Below, piece by piece: positions 60,274 through 64,000 of a stretch of 64,000 nucleotides of DNA; within the stretch, counting starts at the first letter, position 1; the number at the start of each line of letters is the position of its first letter. The DNA lies in the NCBI GenBank assembly GCA_039630055.1, contig JBCNVN010000001.1, forward strand, positions 64,001 to 128,000. Reading direction: 5' to 3'. The notes under the pieces are model-generated. The model worked only from the letters and a program-made list of their open reading frames with translations, searched no databases and was not told where the DNA came from. Both the position numbers and the translations under genes were made by a program. Origin of the DNA: Candidatus Caldarchaeales archaeon. GTDB lineage: Archaea > Thermoproteota > Nitrososphaeria_A > Caldarchaeales > Wolframiiraptoraceae.

Positions 60274-60466
60274 ATTTCTCCAAGAATAGAATTAGAGTAT
60301 TCGCTCTAAAAAATTTGTACTCATTGTTGTAAAAGATATTATTTCGAGAATCTCAAGATAATTCAAGAATATTCTACCTATGGAAAATTACTAAAGACTA
60401 CAGGATAGATTGTAAGACTATGATACCTTATATATTCTCTATTCTTTATTTACTGAGAGGTCCTAT

Positions 60467-61348
60467 ATGGAAGAATTTTATAGTGGAATTCGAGAGATTG
60501 TAAACGATAAAGTTCATGGTTCAACCCAGATTGCTATAAACTTAATGAGGTTTCTATCAAGAAATTTAGAGAATGTTGATCTATACAAACTTAGAGAGAT
60601 ATTTGACGAAGTATTGAGTATTGCTGAAACTAGGACTTCCATAATCCTACCGATAAACATGCTACATATACTGAGAGAAGCTGTCGAATCATCTATAAGT
60701 AGAGATGTGAGATCAAATGTGAAGAGATTGATAGACTCTCTCCTTTCATATTATAGTCAAGATCTAGAATGGTCGGCAGAGAATGGGGCGAAGGCTTTAG
60801 AGGGTTACAGAAGAATCTTTACTTTAAGTTATAGCTCACAGGTATTAAAGGTTCTGAGAAAGATTAAAGATATAGAAGTATCTATTGTGGCTGGATGGCC
60901 TCTCTTAGATGGGTTAAGGGCTTCAAGAGAATTGAGATCAGTCGGTGTTAAAACTTTCCTCTATCCAGACTCCTCCATATATGAGGCCATAAATTCATCA
61001 GATGCCATCTTCCTAGGATGTGACGCTATTCTCATAGATGGTTCAATAATAAATAGATCAGGCTCTAGAATAGCCACATTGATTTCTAACTACGAGTCTA
61101 TACCCTCGTATGTGATCGGTGAGAGTCTAAAGTTAGATATTAGGTCTATATGGAAGCCTGAGGTATGGAAATATGTTTTTGAAGATGTAGAGACGGAGTT
61201 TCAAGTATTCGAAAAGGTTGAGTTTGAACTTATCTCGAAACACATCTCAGAGCTGGGCATAGATACTCCAAGAAATTTTGTAAATAAAGCCTTGAGAAAG
61301 ATGGAAGAATATACTAGAAAACTTTTAGAGAGTGTTCTCAGCAACTAG
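60467..61348 (+). CDS. eIF-2B alpha/beta/delta family protein
   Basis: DKVHGST, FTLSYSSQV, PLLDG, LGCDAI..DGSIINRSGS, FEKV, ISELG; lacks the Cys of the R15P isomerase THC motif. Confidence 0.8.
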   Translation: MEEFYSGIREIVNDKVHGSTQIAINLMRFLSRNLENVDLYKLREIFDEVLSIAETRTSIILPINMLHILREAVESSISRDVRSNVKRLIDSLLSYYSQDLEWSAENGAKALEGYRRIFTLSYSSQVLKVLRKIKDIEVSIVAGWPLLDGLRASRELRSVGVKTFLYPDSSIYEAINSSDAIFLGCDAILIDGSIINRSGSRIATLISNYESIPSYVIGESLKLDIRSIWKPEVWKYVFEDVETEFQVFEKVEFELISKHISELGIDTPRNFVNKALRKMEEYTRKLLESVLSN

Positions 61349-61388
61349 GTTAAGTTGTCTGTATACACGTTAGCAAACTAACTATCAT

Positions 61389-61994
61389 TCAATCTTGTAT
61401 TAAACTATCCCAGAAATCCAACTCATACCGCTGGATAGTCTTCGCAATAAACCTATATCTATCCCAATCCAGATACCTTTCAGCGATCTTCTCAGCCTTC
61501 TCATCTAACACGTTATATGGACCTGAAAACAATTCAAAGATCTTTGTAGATCTTATCGATATCCTCTTGACGTATTCTCCGAGATTCTTGACGTTCTCGC
61601 CCCAAACGGGAAGGTTTACGATTAAAGCTATGGCCACATCCCCTGGAGAACCATTCAATGCTAGCCATGAAAGAAAGTGTGTGTAGGATACTGCTTTGGG
61701 AGATACCTTACTATAGTCTAATTTGATATTGAGCTCATCTGAGAGCATGTATAGTGCTCTTAGAGCTTCGTAATCACCATCAACTAAGAGTTTGAAGAAC
61801 TCGAGCTCATCCATCCTACTAGCCTTAGAGAGTATATGTGAGAGAGCTTTCAGATCGTGTGGAATTATATATAGCTGATTCTCTACAAATCTTCTAAGTA
61901 TCTCATTGCTTGGTTCACGAATAGAAGGATGTTGAAGTATCTTCTTGTTCAGTTCTTCCAACTCTTCTCTCAGCTTATTTATTATGTAACCCAT
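61389..61994 (-). CDS. TenA-family protein (no catalytic Cys)
   Basis: ILQHP, FVENQLYII, AVSYTHFL, YELDFWD; overlaps the stop of the upstream tenA. Confidence 0.8.
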   Translation of the reverse strand: MGYIINKLREELEELNKKILQHPSIREPSNEILRRFVENQLYIIPHDLKALSHILSKASRMDELEFFKLLVDGDYEALRALYMLSDELNIKLDYSKVSPKAVSYTHFLSWLALNGSPGDVAIALIVNLPVWGENVKNLGEYVKRISIRSTKIFELFSGPYNVLDEKAEKIAERYLDWDRYRFIAKTIQRYELDFWDSLIQD

Positions 61995-62635
61995 TCCTCT
62001 TCACCATATGCTGCGCTCCAAAATAGGTATTCATATTTTGTAGAGAGCTCGAAATATGGCCACATCTCTTCTATGGATAAGCTGGAAGAGTCGACCTCGC
62101 TCTTAAATACCTCGACTATCTCCCTATATTCTTTCGTTAGATAGGCTGTTGCCCACTTCTTATAGAGGGCTGATGGATTTGATTCTAGCTTGTCTCTATG
62201 CTTTTCCGCGATCTCTTGATATGTCCAATAGCATGGTAGTAGTGATGCGATAGTAGTCCAATAGTCTTTTGAGTAGCTTGTAGAGATAAGATAATTCATG
62301 TAGGCGATATTTGTAGGGTTTGGAACCGTGTTTACCGCATCTCTTATTGAGAGCCCCATCTCAGAGAGGAGTTTTTCATAATTCGCCATCTCTCCCTCTA
62401 CAGTCATATATGCTAACTTTAACGCTATCTTGGAACGGTTGATATCAGGCGCTTTAGCTGAAACTATGCTTAAAACCTTAACGATACTTGTAAGATAGTT
62501 GTAGTCTTGGAGGATATAGTACTTGAACTTAGAGTATGGTAAAACCCCAGAGTAGAGCTCTACAACGAATGGATGTTCAATTATCTTCTCCCATATCTTG
62601 GAAGCCCGTTCCCTCAGTATAGATGATCTACCCAT
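61982..62635 (-). CDS. tenA: Thiaminase II / aminopyrimidine aminohydrolase TenA
   Basis: HPFV, FKYYILQDYNYL, LLPCYWTY (catalytic Cys), YEYLFW. Confidence 0.9.
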   Translation of the reverse strand: MGRSSILRERASKIWEKIIEHPFVVELYSGVLPYSKFKYYILQDYNYLTSIVKVLSIVSAKAPDINRSKIALKLAYMTVEGEMANYEKLLSEMGLSIRDAVNTVPNPTNIAYMNYLISTSYSKDYWTTIASLLPCYWTYQEIAEKHRDKLESNPSALYKKWATAYLTKEYREIVEVFKSEVDSSSLSIEEMWPYFELSTKYEYLFWSAAYGEEEWVT

Positions 62636-62677
62636 CTCTCTACACTAGATTTTAACTTTTAGACCATATATCTCTTT

Positions 62678-64000
62678 CTACCTGAAGCTAGGTCTCTTTG
62701 AAAGATGCTTGGGTAAAGTAAGCGGTCTGAATGGTTTTCCCTCCGTATCTTTCTTCAATTTCATAATGAGCTCATCTAGATTCATGTACTCGATTCTTCC
62801 AGTCTCCCTAATCCTTACCGAGAGTTTTCCCATCTCTCTTTCTTTATCACCGAAGACCACTATGTATGGTATCCACTCTACTTCTGCATCTTTAATCTTC
62901 TTATCCACAGTCTCTTCCCTATCATCGATATCTACTCTAATCCTTCCATCTTCCAGAATTTTAAGAATTTTTTGAGAATCTTCTAGATGTCTCTCTGCAA
63001 CAGGTATTATCCTCACCTGTGTAGGCGACAACCATACAGGTAGCATGGGTTTCCCACCACTCTGCATTATCATGTACGATTTTTCAAGTAGTGCATAGAT
63101 AACTCTTTCTATCGCACCGCTTGGAGAGCAATGTAAGATTATTGGATACTTCTTAACTCCGTCTTCATCTACGAATGTTATTCCATATTGTTTAGAGTTT
63201 TCTATATCTATCTGGTCCGTTGATAGGGCGGCAGCCTTCTTCTGGCTATCTATAAAATTGAGCTCCCACTTTAGTATGAAGTAGAAGAATTTCTCCTCCC
63301 ACATCTCTGCAAGAACTGGTTTACCGAACTCTCTTACAAGCTCATGTATGAACTCTTTATTTTCATGATAGAATTCTTTTGTAAATCTAATCGCCATCTC
63401 CAAGTCATCTTTAGTTAACCCTATTCCTTCAAGTACTTCCAAGCTTAGTCTAAGCCTCTTCTTCATCTCTACTTTTGCCTGCTCAATATCTTTACAGAAT
63501 GCATGAACATCAGGCATTGTAAAAGCTCTAAGTCTTTTTAGACCTGCAAGCTCTCCACTCTTCTCCCTCCTAAAACTGTATCTAGTCAATTCATATAACC
63601 ATAATGGTAGATGACGGTAAGAGATAACCATATCACTAGCCATCAAGAACTGTCCAAAGCAAGCTGCAAACCTTAAGAAGTATTCTTTATCTTCGCTCTT
63701 AATAATGTACTGTCTTGCGGGGAACCTATTCAGATACCTCTCCAAGCTTGGATGATGCATATCGTACATTATAGGTGTCTCAACCTCTATTCCACCATAC
63801 TCGACCACTTTCTCTGTAACATACTGTTCTAGAAGAGATTTTATGAGCCTACCTTTGCCCGGCCAACGCATATTTCCAGGATCGCTACCGCTCTCATAAT
63901 CTGCTATCTCTAGCTTTCTCATCAATTGGACATGGGGTGGCTGCTCCAAGACGGCTCTAGACTTAGAGATCTCGTAACGTGCTAGATTCTCCAAGTTTCC
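62678..64000 (-). CDS. thrS: Threonine--tRNA ligase, archaeal type (partial, 5' end beyond window)
   Basis: [58 protein letters not shown] anticodon-binding domain; frame open to the window end. Confidence 0.96.
   Translation of the reverse strand, partial: GNLENLARYEISKSRAVLEQPPHVQLMRKLEIADYESGSDPGNMRWPGKGRLIKSLLEQYVTEKVVEYGGIEVETPIMYDMHHPSLERYLNRFPARQYIIKSEDKEYFLRFAACFGQFLMASDMVISYRHLPLWLYELTRYSFRREKSGELAGLKRLRAFTMPDVHAFCKDIEQAKVEMKKRLRLSLEVLEGIGLTKDDLEMAIRFTKEFYHENKEFIHELVREFGKPVLAEMWEEKFFYFILKWELNFIDSQKKAAALSTDQIDIENSKQYGITFVDEDGVKKYPIILHCSPSGAIERVIYALLEKSYMIMQSGGKPMLPVWLSPTQVRIIPVAERHLEDSQKILKILEDGRIRVDIDDREETVDKKIKDAEVEWIPYIVVFGDKEREMGKLSVRIRETGRIEYMNLDELIMKLKKDTEGKPFRPLTLPKHLSKRPSFR

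Noticed and set aside
1-64000. CRISPR array, rRNA, IS element or provirus
   Set aside because: No regularly spaced repeats, long GC-rich structural RNA, transposase, integrase or viral hallmark genes were recognised.

Overview
Core chromosome of a thermophilic TACK-group archaeon. PolD large subunit together with Elf1, Alba, crenarchaeal-like SOD and TenA, and four intron-containing tRNAs best fits Aigarchaeota/Caldarchaeales-like Nitrososphaeria (inference). Most of the 64 kb is housekeeping. Replication and repair: polC, priS, GINS, fen, nfo, PINA, EndoQ. Transcription and translation: elf1, spt5, rpl11/1/10/12, ef1b, alaS, thrS, hflX, MBF1, NAC. Also Sec61 beta/gamma, CDC48, thiamine salvage (thiW, thiDN, thiL, two tenA) and an oxidative-stress block (bcp, sod, VOC dioxygenase). 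The standout is a 3-gene cassette between rpl1 and rpl10, bounded by a duplicated copy of the rpl1 3' end. It contains a Cys-bearing HTH_10 regulator, a perfect operator-like palindrome, a subunit II with no CuA site, and a heme-copper subunit I whose CuB His and cross-linked Tyr are both replaced by Asp. That is a gNOR-type nitric oxide reductase signature rather than a cytochrome c oxidase. Other highlights: a wHTH + ATP-cone + catalytically dead class III ribonucleotide reductase fusion (candidate NrdR analogue); a stand-alone herA-nurA pair split by a perfect 28-bp palindrome; twin tRNA-Thr genes sharing an intron that fits only one anticodon; and strong TCTAGA enrichment. No CRISPR array, rRNA, integrase or transposase was seen. 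All family calls come from motif recognition by eye, not database searches.
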